Part shown: in pieces, positions 26,511-38,725 of the stretch
Layout: the number at the start of each line of letters is the position of its first letter
How positions within the stretch are numbered: the first letter of the stretch is position 1
Origin: Octopus sinensis
Taxonomy: Eukaryota
Direction of reading: 5' to 3'
Assembly (NCBI RefSeq): GCF_006345805.1
Contig: NC_043000.1
Coordinates: 75,206,001 to 75,270,000 of the forward strand
Length of the DNA stretch: 64,000 nucleotides
Made by a program: the position numbers and the translations under genes
The notes under the pieces: generated by a model
What the model saw: the letters and a program-made list of their open reading frames with translations, nothing else
Database searches by the model: none
Told to the model about the DNA's origin: nothing

Positions 26511-27051
26511 AATCCATGCTGCATCTGAGAAAGTAACAGTTAGTTAGTCATATATATGTACGTATGTATGTGTGTATGTATGTATACACGCATCTATGCA
26601 TACATGTATGTATGTATGTATGTATGTACGTACATACGCCTGTGTGTATGTATGTATGTATATATGTAAGTGTGTGTGTATATGCATGCATATACACACT
26701 ATAAACTTAAAGCTATAAACCTGTAGTGATGGATAGATGTAGACTGACCACTCATCACAATAATATCAAATTTCAACCTTCCCCACCGAAACTAGGAAGT
26801 GATTTACAACCCTCACCCCCAAAGCAAAACTCTAAAACCTATTATCAGACATTTAACTCTATATCACAAAACTTTTGTTTTACTATTACTTGTATTTTTT
26901 TTCTCCCTCACATCTAGTTAGTTCAGGTTAAATATATATACATATGTATGTGTGTATGTATGTATGTGTGTATGTACGTACGTACGCATGTGCGTATGTA
27001 TGTATATGCGCATGTATGCACGTGCCTATGTATGTGCGTATGTACGTGTGT

Positions 27052-29867
27052 ATGCCCATAATAAGGCAGGCCTCTACATTGCTAATTTCTACCCCTCGAT
27101 TAACCCTAGTGTACTCAATAAGGCCCTGTGGCATGCACATAATAAGGCAGGCCTCACAAGAGAAGAAATTGATATAATTCTAGTCGCCAGAAAATTCTTT
27201 ATACAGTTTGAAGATAAGTTATGGGTTCGTAAGGATACTCCCAACGAGTTCGATGTACCTATGGGTAGTTCAGATAGCGCGCAGATTGCCGATTTGGTCG
27301 GAATCTATATTCTCTATGAATTATCTGACCAATTCCCGGACATCGGTGGTGGCCTATATCGTGACGATTGTCTGTTTTACCTACAGAACACCCCAAATAG
27401 AATCGTACAGAAAACTAAAAATAGATTAGCTAGGTTCTTTAATAGGATGGGCATGAGTATAGTTTTTGATAACGAACTTACTAAGGCAAATTTCTTAGAT
27501 GTCACACTAAACCTCCATAGCGATTCTTACTGTCCCTACCACAAACCTTCCACTAACTTGAAGTATGTCAGTGTTTTCTCTAACCACGCAAAAACTATAA
27601 CAGACAATTTGGTTAAATATATTTCTCAAAGATTAACTAATTTGTCTGCCAATGTCGACATTTTTAGACAGAAAGCGGAATTTTATAATACCGCCCTGTC
27701 AAAAGCCGGTTATAGGGAGAAGGTAGTATATATAGATCCAGCCCGTCTGAAGCCAGCATTCTGCCATCAGGATAAGGCAAGTTACAATAACATAAATAAT
27801 ATAAGTAGTGAAGGTAGCCTGAGGAATGTCGATACAACTAGAATAAATATAGATAACATAAATAATTTGCGGTCCAGGGGAGGCCATAGCAAGCCAAAAC
27901 CCATTATTCAACCCAGAAATACCCACCTTAATGTTAGAGTTGACTCCCCGAGCCAGTACAAAAACAGGAATAACTATATTTGGTTTGTAATTCCCTTTGG
28001 TAAACAAATAAGATCTAACCTACCGCTGCAGTTTCGCCAAGCCATTGCCAGTAATTTTCCCAGAAATTTGAGATATTACTCCACTGTAAACTAGCACAAA
28101 GTTAGGATAGCCTTCTCCAATACTAAAAATCTCTCACAGATAATTTCCTCCCATAACAATAAGATGCTAAATAAGACCCTCTCACCCATGAACGGAGACT
28201 CAGCTCCGTCTAATGCCAGCATAACACGCAGTAATAATAATAATAATAGAACTGGCACAGATATTAGCAACCTCCATGCCAGCCTTGGAGTTAGTAATAG
28301 TAATAAGGATAAGAGCAATGGTAGCGTCTTTAACGTAAGTAATGGTAATAAGGATAAGAGCACTGATCGAGTCATTAATGTAGGGAGTCCCAACAACAAT
28401 ATTAGCAGCGGTTTTAACAACAGTAGTATCACGGACATTAGCAATCACAGCGTTCTCAGTGGCAGGGAGTATACAGGCGATATTGCATTAAATAGTAATG
28501 ATAATGGGGGTAATAATATCGAAGACAGCTGTAGTTTTTACAATCATCATAGTAATAAGAACGCCGTATTAATATTGGAAGCCAACCCCAATAGAATAAG
28601 GTTCTTATCTAGTAATTCCAAGATTAGAAACGCCATTTACCAGTGCACAGTTTATACTGATTCAGATGTCTACATGTATATCGGATCTTCATCATCGAAA
28701 TTGGCTGTTAGAATATCGAATCATTTCTCAACGTTTCGCGATTTTGGAAAGCAACACGCTACTGGACTAAGTAAATTAGTCTGGCGTTTGAAGAACGCGA
28801 ATTCAACCTTTAGACTGGAATGGTCGATTTTATCGGTGTCTTTACCGTTTGATAGAGGCAAAAGAATCTGTAATCTTTGCAACTCGGAACTATTTCATAT
28901 TCTGTTCGCCCGAGGGCAACTTGTTAACTCGATTGTGAAAAATTCTTTTAGATGCCCGCACTGGAAGCGGCACACATTTCTTGCATTCCAATGAAGTCTA
29001 AGATAGTTAACCCCTTGATTTCCTAAGAAAAGAAAAAAATTTTGAATTAAATTTGTAAGGGGAAATCACTCCCCTATTAGCGTAAGAACTGCTACTTATC
29101 TAGAACTGCTTTCAGGGATGTCAATGTATCCTCCCATTGTTGACATTCCATCCCTCTACCAACTGGTTACAGACGAACACACAGACACAGTTTTTTTCAG
29201 CTGCTTGACCATTAATAGCTGCTATATCTCTCTCCCTTGCAACCTTCTAAACACACTGCCACACATACATAGGCGCACACACACATACATGTAGGCAATT
29301 TCTCACACCCAAACACTATAGCACTCATTCTTAAAACAATTCGAATATTAACACCAGTCATACAGAATACATTCTCACTCTTTGATTTTCCTGTAACCCT
29401 CCACCCTGTTAGCCAGATTTTGACATTGATTTATCTCAACGGACTTTTTCGTCGGCTTTCACCCAGCCTGGCGTCAACACATATTGAGAGACAGTTTTGT
29501 GCCATTTATCCCATGGGCTCCTCGCGAGCGTTTGTCGAAAAGTTTGATGTGCATTTTGTTGGAGAATTAAGTTCCTGGATTTTCCTGAAGAGAAGGCTGC
29601 AAAATGGTCTCCTTATTCAATCCGAATTAGGGACTTTGCAGCCTTTGAAACATATGTAGAAAATAATAAAAAGGAATTTTGTTAAATCTTCGTTCAGCTC
29701 CATTTCTTCCTACACTAAATATATAAACTTCAGATTTCCGCACTAAGGAACGGGTTTGAGAGCCCATGGTCGTAACCTCAACCGTGATTTTTCTGTTGTG
29801 AATTTTGCTACCCAGGTATCGGTTATCTTTTGAATAATCCATAACAAGATAATTCATTTATCCATTT
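27052..29867 (+). mobile_element. 5'-truncated Naiad-like PLE (RT, Asn/Ser linker, GIY-YIG, 3' terminal repeat)
   Basis: NFYPSI, FDVPMGS, GGLYRDD, NFLDVTLNL, YIGS, CNLCNSE, CPH. ORFs 26952-28094 and 28164-28994 are in one frame split by a single TAG. Ends at a (TA)n tract. Confidence 0.9.
29579..29664 (+). ncRNA. Type I hammerhead ribozyme in the PLE 3' terminal repeat
   Basis: attttc-CTGAAGA-gaaggctgcaaa..tttgcagccttt-GAAAC-atat-GTA-gaaaat; canonical core and all three stems. Confidence 0.85.
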
Positions 29868-29870
29868 CAA

Positions 29871-29918
<48 letters not shown>

Positions 29919-29922
29919 CATA

Positions 29923-30087
29923 GGCGCAGGAGTGGCTGTGTGGTAAGTAGCTTGTTTACCAACCACATGGTTCTGGGTTCAGTCCCACTGCGTGGCACCT
30001 TGGGCAAGTGTCTTCTACTATAGCCTCGGGCCGACCAATGCCTTGTGAGTGGATTTGGTAGACGGAAACTGAAAGAAGCCCGTCGTA

Positions 30088-30137
<50 letters not shown>

Positions 30138-30353
30138 TGTGTGTCTGTGTTTGTCCCCCTAGCATTGCTTGACAACCGATGCTGGTGTGTTTATGTCCCT
30201 GTTACTTAGCGGTTCGGCAAAAGAGACCGATAGAATAAGTACTGGGCTTACAAAAGAATAAGTCCCGGGGTCGAGTTGCTCGATTGAAGGCGGTTCTCCA
30301 GCATGGCCGCAGTCAAATGACTGAAACAAGTAAAAGAGTAAAGAGTAAAGAGT
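29923..30353 (+). mobile_element. Full-length tRNA-derived SINE with an internal (TA)n tract
   Basis: A-box-like tggctgtgtgg, B-box-like ggttcagtccc, (GTAAAAGA)-type tail. Partial copies near 2620, 25880, 45240 and 46955. Confidence 0.85.
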
Positions 30354-30518
30354 ATATATAGATATGGATATATATAGATATGGCTATTTAAATGATTTAA
30401 ATTATTTGATTTATTTCTATTGGACCATATTATTAATAATTTAAATTTTGCTCTATTTTTATCTCCATTTCTTAGTCTATTTCACTTTAACCCATATAAA
30501 AATTAGTTAGTTAAATCT

Positions 30519-30618
30519 NNNNNNNNNNNNNNNNNNNNNNNNNNNNNNNNNNNNNNNNNNNNNNNNNNNNNNNNNNNNNNNNNNNNNNNNNNNNNNNNNN
30601 NNNNNNNNNNNNNNNNNN
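30519..30618. other. Assembly gap (100 N)
   Basis: Run of n. Confidence 1.
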
Positions 30619-31095
30619 GGCTTTTCAGGGTCGCCACTATGTTTTTAGTTGGTTGCGATCTAAATATGTATGTATGTATATATAAATATGTATGTATATA
30701 TAAATATGTATGTATGTATATGTATAAAAATGTTTATGTATGTATGTATGTGTATTATATATGTATATATGTATATCATCATCATCATCATCTTCATTTA
30801 GCGTCCGCTTTCCATGCTAGCATGGGTTGGACAGTTCAACTGGGGTCTGGGAAGCCAGAAGGCTGCACCTGGCCCAGTCTGATCTGGCAATGTTTCTATG
30901 GCTGGATGCCCTTCCTAACGCCAAATATATATATGTGTATATATATATATATAAGTATATATGCGTATATGTATATATATGTGTGTGTGTATATATATAT
31001 ATGTACATATATGTATATATATATGCATATGTATATATATGTATATATATATATATGTATATATATATGTGTATATATATATATATGTATATATA

Positions 31096-31130
<35 letters not shown>

Positions 31131-31196
31131 ATTCAGGGTGAGTACTTGATAATTGTAAGCACCTGTATATACCGTTTGGTGGTGGAGTAAATTAAT

Positions 31197-31547
31197 CAAA
31201 ATAAAAACATGATGCCAAGGATTCAGCGGTACATATGTTTCGGGCCTTTATTAGACGGATTTATAACAATGCATAATGTGTGTCTATGGCCTTCTTCAGA
31301 TTCTACATTGAGAGAAGGACGAGATGGACGCTTCATTTTTGTGCTGGTGCCGTATTATGTCGTATGCGAATGAGAGGATTTGCATCCCCAACGTAGAATT
31401 TTTGATGTAATACATGTCCTTGAGTTAGTAATTGTGCGCGGCTGAAGAAGGCCATAGACACACATTATGCATTGTTATAAATCCGTCTAATAAAGGCCCG
31501 AAACTTATGTACCGCTGAATCCTTGGCATCATGTTTTTATTTTGATT

Positions 31548-31550
<3 letters not shown>
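31197..31550. repeat. Fold-back (~100-bp arms) of a PLE-type terminus between (TA)n tracts
   Basis: 31197-31299 is the reverse complement of 31442-31545. Confidence 0.85.
31438..31515 (+). ncRNA. Type I hammerhead ribozyme
   Basis: gcgg-CTGAAGA-aggcc..ggccc-GAAAC-ttat-GTA-ccgc. Confidence 0.75.
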
Positions 31551-31588
<38 letters not shown>

Positions 31589-31611
31589 TGCATATGTATA
31601 TATATTGTGTG

Positions 31612-32078
31612 TGACCTCCTTCGGTCATGAAAGACCATGAAATTGCACCTAGAAAGTTACCCTCCGAGGTACAAGTCTGGGCAAGGTTGCTTTATGGAAG
31701 ACCAGCAGTCACCCACACATACCAGTTTCCCCTCTCCACACCACTGATGTTATCCAAGGGAAAAGCAAAGGCCGATGCAGCTTGGCACCAGTGACGTCGC
31801 AGCTCATTTATTAACATGGAAATGGCTGACTACTCCACAGACACATGTACCCTTACCGTAGTTCTCGGGGAGATTCAGCGTGACACAGAGTGTGACATGG
31901 CTGGCCCTTTGAAATACAGGTACAACAGAAACAGGAAGAAAGAGTGAGAGAAAGTTGTGGCGAAAGAATACAGCAGCCCCTCCCCCCTGCAGGAGCCTCG
32001 CGGAGCTTTAGATGTTTTCACTCTGGGAATCGAAACCACGAATCCGCCGCCCCAACCACTGGGTCATTGTGCCTCCAC
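31612..32078 (-). mobile_element. tRNA-derived SINE (second family)
   Basis: Minus-strand head ggaggcacaatgacccagtggtt..ggtttcgattccc (A/B boxes); 3' half shared with 17373-17575. Confidence 0.75.
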
Positions 32079-32533
32079 ATAAATATATATAACAACCCAT
32101 TTCCTGTTCTGACACTTTTTTACCAAACACTTGAAACTAAGCACCACGTTTAATCACATAGATCTTAATTCTCCAAAGAAATTTTTCCAAGGACTATTAT
32201 TGAACTCAAAAAACTCTACAATGTATTGGTATACTTATTTTTTAATTTTTGTATATGTTTATTATTATTTTTTTGAAAAAAAACATTGTAAATTTCTTTT
32301 TTCCCCTTCCTCAATTCTAAAAAAATTTCTTTTCCCTTTTCAAATCTTGAAAATTTGCTTTGCGATGAAAACCGGTTTGAGTTATTATTATTTAAAAAAT
32401 TTTTCATACACCCATTTTTATTAAAATATACCTTCAATGTAGCATTCTGCCTTTTTATTATTTTTCCTCTCGTATCATTTCTCCACGTGCAGTCAAACAC
32501 AACCCTACGATTATTGATTTATTGATTTATATA

Positions 32534-32572
<39 letters not shown>

Positions 32573-32628
32573 AATATAAATATATATATATATATATCTA
32601 TATATTATATATATATTACAAATATAAA

Positions 32629-32661
<33 letters not shown>

Positions 32662-32664
32662 CAA

Positions 32665-32717
<53 letters not shown>

Positions 32718-32722
32718 AATAT

Positions 32723-32764
<42 letters not shown>

Positions 32765-32767
<3 letters not shown>

Positions 32768-34000
32768 AAATAATAAAACATATGCATATATGTATGTACC
32801 TACATCTATATGTATATATACATGCATATATAGGTACAGGGCACCAAAAAAACATCGAACACAATGAGAAACGAAAACATAAACAAAACCAAGGAGACGG
32901 ACATTTTTTTTAAACAACAGAAAAACCGAGTACAAGACATATAACACAAGGAAAATTCCCCTTCTTCAGCCGTCTCTGTTTCGTCTAAACTGTGTTTCGA
33001 AGGTAAAGGCAAGACACGAATTCGTAGAAACAGTCCTTCCCGCAAAGCAAATTAAATAAAATTTGAGATTTTTTGTGGAGGAGTAAAAGTGGTAACAAAA
33101 GCAGGACAGTAAAGACAATACAAATAAAAACAGTAAAAGACAGGACAAGGAAAATAACAGTAACACAAACATTAAGGCTGTTAAGCCGGAACGAAGGAAA
33201 AATTATTTTGAACGCTTTGAAAACGGCTTGAGAGGGACAGAGAAAGCCATCTACACTTGTTGGAAGTAGTAGTCAGAAAGGCAGTGGACCTCTGGTCACG
33301 TGTCAGTGACAGGAGGGAGGAGGAGGAGTAAGAGAAAGGGAGAGTAAAAAAGGAAAGGGTTGTAGAGAAAGCCAGAAAGAATGAAGAATGAGAGAGAGAC
33401 AGACAGTAAGGTTAGAAGAAAGGAAGCCAGAACGAATGATGAATGAGAGAGGGGGTGGGCAGAAAGGTAAAGAGTGGGCATTATTATTATTAAGATAAAA
33501 CTTACTTGGAAGTGGATGCGTGGCGTTCCATCATATAATAACAAAATAATAAATAAAACATATGCATATATGCATACATATATGTACGTACCTATATCTA
33601 CATGTATATATACATGCATATATGGGTAAAGGACAGAAAAAACACATCGAAAGCAATGAGAAACAAAAGCATAAAAACAAAACCAAGGAGATGGACATAT
33701 TTTTTAAACAACAAAAAACAGAGTACAAGACATACAACACAAGGAAAATTCCCCTTCTTCAGCCATCTCTGTTTCGTCTAAGCCGTGTTTCGAAGGTAAA
33801 GGCAAGACACGATTTCGTAGATACAATCCTTCGCACAAAGCAAATTAAATAAAATTTGAGATTTTTGTGGAGGGGTGAGAGTGGTAACAAAAAAAGGACA
33901 GTAAAGACAATACAAATACAAACAGTAAAACACAGGGCAAGGAAAATAACAGTAACACAAACATTAAGGGCTGTTAAGCCTGAACGAAGGAAAAATAAAT
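32765..34000 (-). repeat. Two diverged ~440-bp direct repeats around a purine-rich spacer (tandem PLE-type termini)
   Basis: 32765-33205 matches 33545-33998; flanked by (TA)n; minus strand has separated GAAAC and CTGAAGA boxes. Confidence 0.7.
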
Positions 34001-34057
34001 ATACATATATATATTTGTATATATACATATATACATTTATATATATATATATATATT

Positions 34058-37040
34058 TATCATCATCATCATCATTTAACGTCCGTTTTCCGTGCTAGCA
34101 CGGGTTGGACGGTTCGACCGGGGTCTGGGAAGCCAGGGGCTGCTCCAGGCTCCAGTCTGATCTGGCAGAGTTTCTACAGCTGGATGTCCTTCCTAATGCC
34201 AACCACTCCGTGAGTGTAGTGGGTGCTTTTTACGTGCCACCTGCACAGGTGCCAGGGGGGGGTCCGGCATCGGTCACGATCGGTAGGTGCTTTTAACGTG
34301 CCAGCGGCACGGAAGCCAGCCAGGGCGGGGCTGGCAACGTTCGGATGGTCTTTTTATGTGCCACCAGCACAGGAGCCAGTTGGGGCGGCGCTGGCATCGG
34401 CCACATTCGTATGGTGTTTTTTATGTGCCACCGGCACACAGGAGCCAGTTGGGGTGGTGCTGGCATCGGCCACGTTCGGATGGTGTTTTTTATGTGCCAC
34501 CGGCACAGAAGCCAGTCGGGGCGGCGCTGGCAACGGCCACGTTCGGATAGTGCTTTTTATGTGCCACCGGCACAGGCATCACAACTACTATTTCCATTGA
34601 TATTTATTTCGACGTTCATGTTCATGTACTTGACTCAACAGGTCTCCTCAAGCACAGTGGGACGTTCTGGGATCCGGGGTACTTTGAATGGGCAGGGGCT
34701 ATGGGGAACTGATGCAGCCCGGGTCTTTGCAGTCACAGCATATCTCCAGAGATCTCGGTCCTTCGCCATTGCCTCAGTGAGGCCCAACGCTCTGAGGTCA
34801 TGCTTGACTAACTCATCCCATGTCTTTCTGGGTCTACCTCTCCCCCTGATACCTTCAACTGTTTGGAAGTGGCACTTCTTCACACATCTCTCCTCATCCA
34901 TCTGCAGCACATGACCATACCATCGCAAGCGTCCCTCTTGCACACCACATCTGATGCTTCTTATATCCAGCATTTCTCTCAGGGTACTTACACTCTGTCG
35001 TGCGTGCACACTGACATTACACATCCAGCAGATCATGCTAGCTTCATTTCTTTCAAGTCTACGCATGTCCTCTGCAGTCACAGCCCATGTTTCACTACCG
35101 TGAAGCATAGCAGTTCGCACACACACATCATACAATCTACCTTTCGCTCTGAGGGAGAGACCCTTTGTCGCCAGTAGGGGTAGGAGCTTTCTGAACTTTG
35201 CCCAGGCTATTCTAGTGGTGATACTCTCTGTGCATCCACCTCCACTACTAACTTGGTCACCCAGGTAGTGGAAACTATCAACTACTTCTAGTTTCTCTCC
35301 CTGGAGTGTGATGGAATCTGTTTTCTGAGTGTCTGTGGTGTCTATTGTCCCTGTGCATCTGCCGCACATGAAAGCTATCTTATCTGTTAATTTCCCTTTA
35401 ATGTTGCTGCACCTCTTGTGCGTCCATAGCTTACATTGGGTGCATCTTATGGAGTTTCTACCTACACCTTTCCTACAGATCGAGCAGGGCCACCTGCCTG
35501 AGGGTGTGTGTGCTGAGTTCGCCATTCTGCTTACTATAACTGTGGTCTTTGCTACATTTACTCTAAGGCCCATTGATTCTAACCCTTGTTTCCACACCCG
35601 AAATTTCTTTTCTAGTTCCGGTAGTGATTCTGCTATGAGAGCCAGGTCATCAGCATAGAGGAGCTCCCAGGGGCATCCTGTTTTGAATTCCTCTGTTATT
35701 GCCTGGAGGACTATGATGAATAAAAGGGGACTGGGGGCTGAGCCTTGGTGCACACCTACTTCTACCCGGAATTCTTCACTATATTCGTTGTCAATCCTAA
35801 CCTTGCTGACAGCCTCTCTGTATAGAACCTGTACAGCCCTTATTAGCCATTCGTCAATCTCCAATTTCCGCATCGACCACCAGATAAGGGAACGGGGAAC
35901 CCTGTCAAAGGCTTTCTCCAAGTCCACAAAAGCTATGTAGAGGGGTTTATCTTTAGCTAGGTACTTCTCCTGCAGTTGTCGGACCAGGAATATAGCATCG
36001 GTGGTGCTTCTACCCGGCACAAAACCGAACTGCATTTCATCTAAGCAAATTCTCTCCCTAATGAGATGGGTTATGACCCTCTCTGTGATCTTCATCACCT
36101 GATCCAACAGTTTGATACCCCTGTAGTTATTTCTATCTAGAGCATCACCCTTACCCTTGTAGCAGTTGACTATGGTGCTGCTACGCCAGTCATTGGGTAT
36201 GACTCCATTATGAACTACCTGGTTTACAATGCGGGTGACTAGGCCATAGCCCACATAGCCAGCTGTTTTAAGCATCTCAGCAGTGATTCCTGATGGGCCA
36301 GGGGCTTTACCTGGTTTCATATCCTTAATTGCCTTAACTACAAGGGAGCTGTCTATTCGGGTAGCTGGTCCCTCTACTGGGTCAACATTTGGCAGGCTCT
36401 CCTCCTCCCATTCATTCTCCTCATTCAGCAGTCTTTCATAATGGCTTCTCCAAGCCTCTTTCTTTTCACTAACAGTAAAAGCAAGTGCCCCATCATCCAT
36501 GCGGACACATTTCTCTCCTGTAACATCACTATTTTCTCTGACACACTATCTGGCAATCCGAAATACCTCAGCTCTTTGGTTCTACGTCGCTGGACATTGG
36601 CAAACTTCTTCTTTTCTGCTACATCTTTGGCTATGTATACCTGCCGCCCAGCCTCCCTTTTGGCTACCTGGTACAGTTCCCTGCTGCCCCCATCCCTCCA
36701 GGCTTTCCAGACCCGTCTCTTTGAACTAATGGCTTTGTCTACTGCACTATTCCACCACTATGTAACTCTAGGTCTGGAAGGGACTTTGCACCATCCACAG
36801 ACTTAGTCTGTGGCACTCAGCAAGCTGTCCCGTAGGAATTCCCAGCTACCTTCTATGTCCGACCTCTGAAGCTCCTCCTCCCTCTCATCAAATTTCTTGA
36901 TGAGTATGTCCCTAAATCTCTGACCATGTGAAGGGTTCTTTAGCTTCCAAATCCTTCTTTTCTGGATTGGTTTGTTTCTTGGAGTCCTTCTGGCCTCAAG
37001 CTTAAAGTCACTGATGATTAGTCTATGCTGAGGGATACAT
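34058..37040 (-). mobile_element. RTE-clade LINE, 5'-truncated (~3 kb), with (GAT)n tail
   Basis: Contains the 621-aa ORF, 3'UTR repeats and tail. Confidence 0.95.
34635..36500 (-). CDS. RTE ORF2 reverse transcriptase region (open for 621 aa) with an internal PHD-type finger
   Basis: NYRGIKLL, QFGF, FVDLEKAFDRVP, GVHQGS, LLYADD, FHYLG, RGRGRPRKTW. The upstream part is broken by stops. Confidence 0.93.
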   Translation of the reverse strand: MDDGALAFTVSEKKEAWRSHYERLLNEENEWEEESLPNVDPVEGPATRIDSSLVVKAIKDMKPGKAPGPSGITAEMLKTAGYVGYGLVTRIVNQVVHNGVIPNDWRSSTIVNCYKGKGDALDRNNYRGIKLLDQVMKITERVITHLIRERICLDEMQFGFVPGRSTTDAIFLVRQLQEKYLAKDKPLYIAFVDLEKAFDRVPRSLIWWSMRKLEIDEWLIRAVQVLYREAVSKVRIDNEYSEEFRVEVGVHQGSAPSPLLFIIVLQAITEEFKTGCPWELLYADDLALIAESLPELEKKFRVWKQGLESMGLRVNVAKTTVIVSRMANSAHTPSGRWPCSICRKGVGRNSIRCTQCKLWTHKRCSNIKGKLTDKIAFMCGRCTGTIDTTDTQKTDSITLQGEKLEVVDSFHYLGDQVSSGGGCTESITTRIAWAKFRKLLPLLATKGLSLRAKGRLYDVCVRTAMLHGSETWAVTAEDMRRLERNEASMICWMCNVSVHARQSVSTLREMLDIRSIRCGVQEGRLRWYGHVLQMDEERCVKKCHFQTVEGIRGRGRPRKTWDELVKHDLRALGLTEAMAKDRDLWRYAVTAKTRAASVPHSPCPFKVPRIPERPTVLEETC

Positions 37041-37113
37041 TCAGCATAGACTAATCATCAGTGACTTTAAGCTTGAGGCCAGAAGGACTCCAAGAAATAA
37101 ACCAATCCAGAAA
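36959..37113. repeat. ~73-bp hairpin (fold-back duplication) at the RTE 5' truncation point
   Basis: 36959-37031 pairs with 37041-37113, with one mismatch and a 9-nt loop. Confidence 0.92.
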
Positions 37114-37125
37114 TATATATATATT

Positions 37126-37177
<52 letters not shown>

Positions 37178-37267
37178 CATATATACACTCATATATATAT
37201 ATACATATATTTGTATAGATATATATATATATATATAATATATATATATATACCTAAATATATATAT

Positions 37268-38725
37268 ATCATCATCATCATCATCATCATTTAACGTCCG
37301 CTTTCCATGCTAGCATGGGTTGGACGGTTCAACTGGGGTCTGGGGAGCCCGAAAGCTGCACCAGTCCAGTCAGATCTGGCAGTGTTTCTACAGCTGGATG
37401 CCCTTCTTAACGCCAACCACTCCGAGAGTGTAGTGGGTGATTTTATGTGCCACCGACACAGGTGCCAGACGAGGCTGGCAAACGGCCACGCTCGGATGGT
37501 GTTTTTTATGTGCCACCGACACAGGTGCCAGACGAGGCTGGCAGACGGCCACGCTCGGATGGTGTTTTTATGTGCCACCAACACAGGTGCCAGATGAGGC
37601 TGGCAAACGGCCACGATCGGATGGTGTTTGTTACGTGCCCACAGCACGGAGGCCAGTCGATGCGGTACTGGCGACGGCCACGGCCACGTTCGGATGGTTT
37701 TCTTGTGTGCCACGTGCCACCGGCACTGGTACCACAAAGATACAAATTCCATTGATGTTCATCTATTTTGATTTGTTTTGATTTTCACTTGCCTCAACAG
37801 GTCTTCGGTCTTCACAAGTGTCACATGAAGGAAGGTATGCACAGGTGGACTGACTACGTCCCAGGTAGGGGCCACAGGTTATGGCCTGACTAGTCTTGCC
37901 GGGTCTTCGGATGGTGTTTTTATGTGCCACCGACACAGGTGCCAGATGAGGCTGGCGAACGGCCACGATTGGATGGTGTTTGTTACGTGCCCACAGCACG
38001 GAGGCCAGTCGATGCGGTACTGGCTACGGCCACGTTCGGATGGTTTTCTTGTGTGCCACCGGCACTGGTACCACAAAGATACAATTCCATTAATGTTCAT
38101 CTATTTTGATTTGTTTTGATTTGATTTGATTTGATTTGTTTTGATTTCATTTTGATTTTCACTTGCCCAACAGGCCTTCACAAGTATCACAAGGAGGAAG
38201 GTATGCACAGGTGGACTGACTACGTCCCAGGTAGGGGCCATGGGATATGGCCTGACTAGTCTTGCGAGTCTTCGGATGGTGTTTTTATGTGCCACCGACA
38301 CAGGTGCTAGATGAGGCTGGCGAACGGCACGATCGGATGGTGTTTGTTATGTGCCCACAGCACGATGGCCAGTCGATGCGGTACTGATACGGCCCGTTCG
38401 GATGGATTTCTGTGTGTCACAGGCACTGGTATCACAAGATACATTCCATGTGTTCTTTGATTTGATTTGATTTTCACTTGCCTCAACAGGTCTTCACAGT
38501 GTCACAGAAGGAAGTATGCACAGGTGGACTGACTAGTCTTGCCGGGTCTTCGGAAGGTGTTTTTATGTGCCACCGACACAGGTTGCCAGATGAGGCTGGC
38601 GAACGGCCATGATCGGATGGTGTTTGTTACGTGCCCACAGCACGGAGGCCGGTCGATGCGGAACTGGCTACGGCCACGTTCGGATGGTTCTCTTGTGTGC
38701 CACCGGCACTGGTACCACAAAGATA
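37268..38725 (-). mobile_element. RTE 3'UTR/tail with hierarchical tandem duplication
   Basis: (CAT)n tail, ~63-bp units, then ~300-370-bp higher-order units. Confidence 0.85.

Noticed and set aside
28092-28094. Selenocysteine or programmed readthrough in the Naiad-like ORF
   Set aside because: The codon is TAG, not TGA, and not at an evident Cys position; a copy-specific nonsense mutation is simpler
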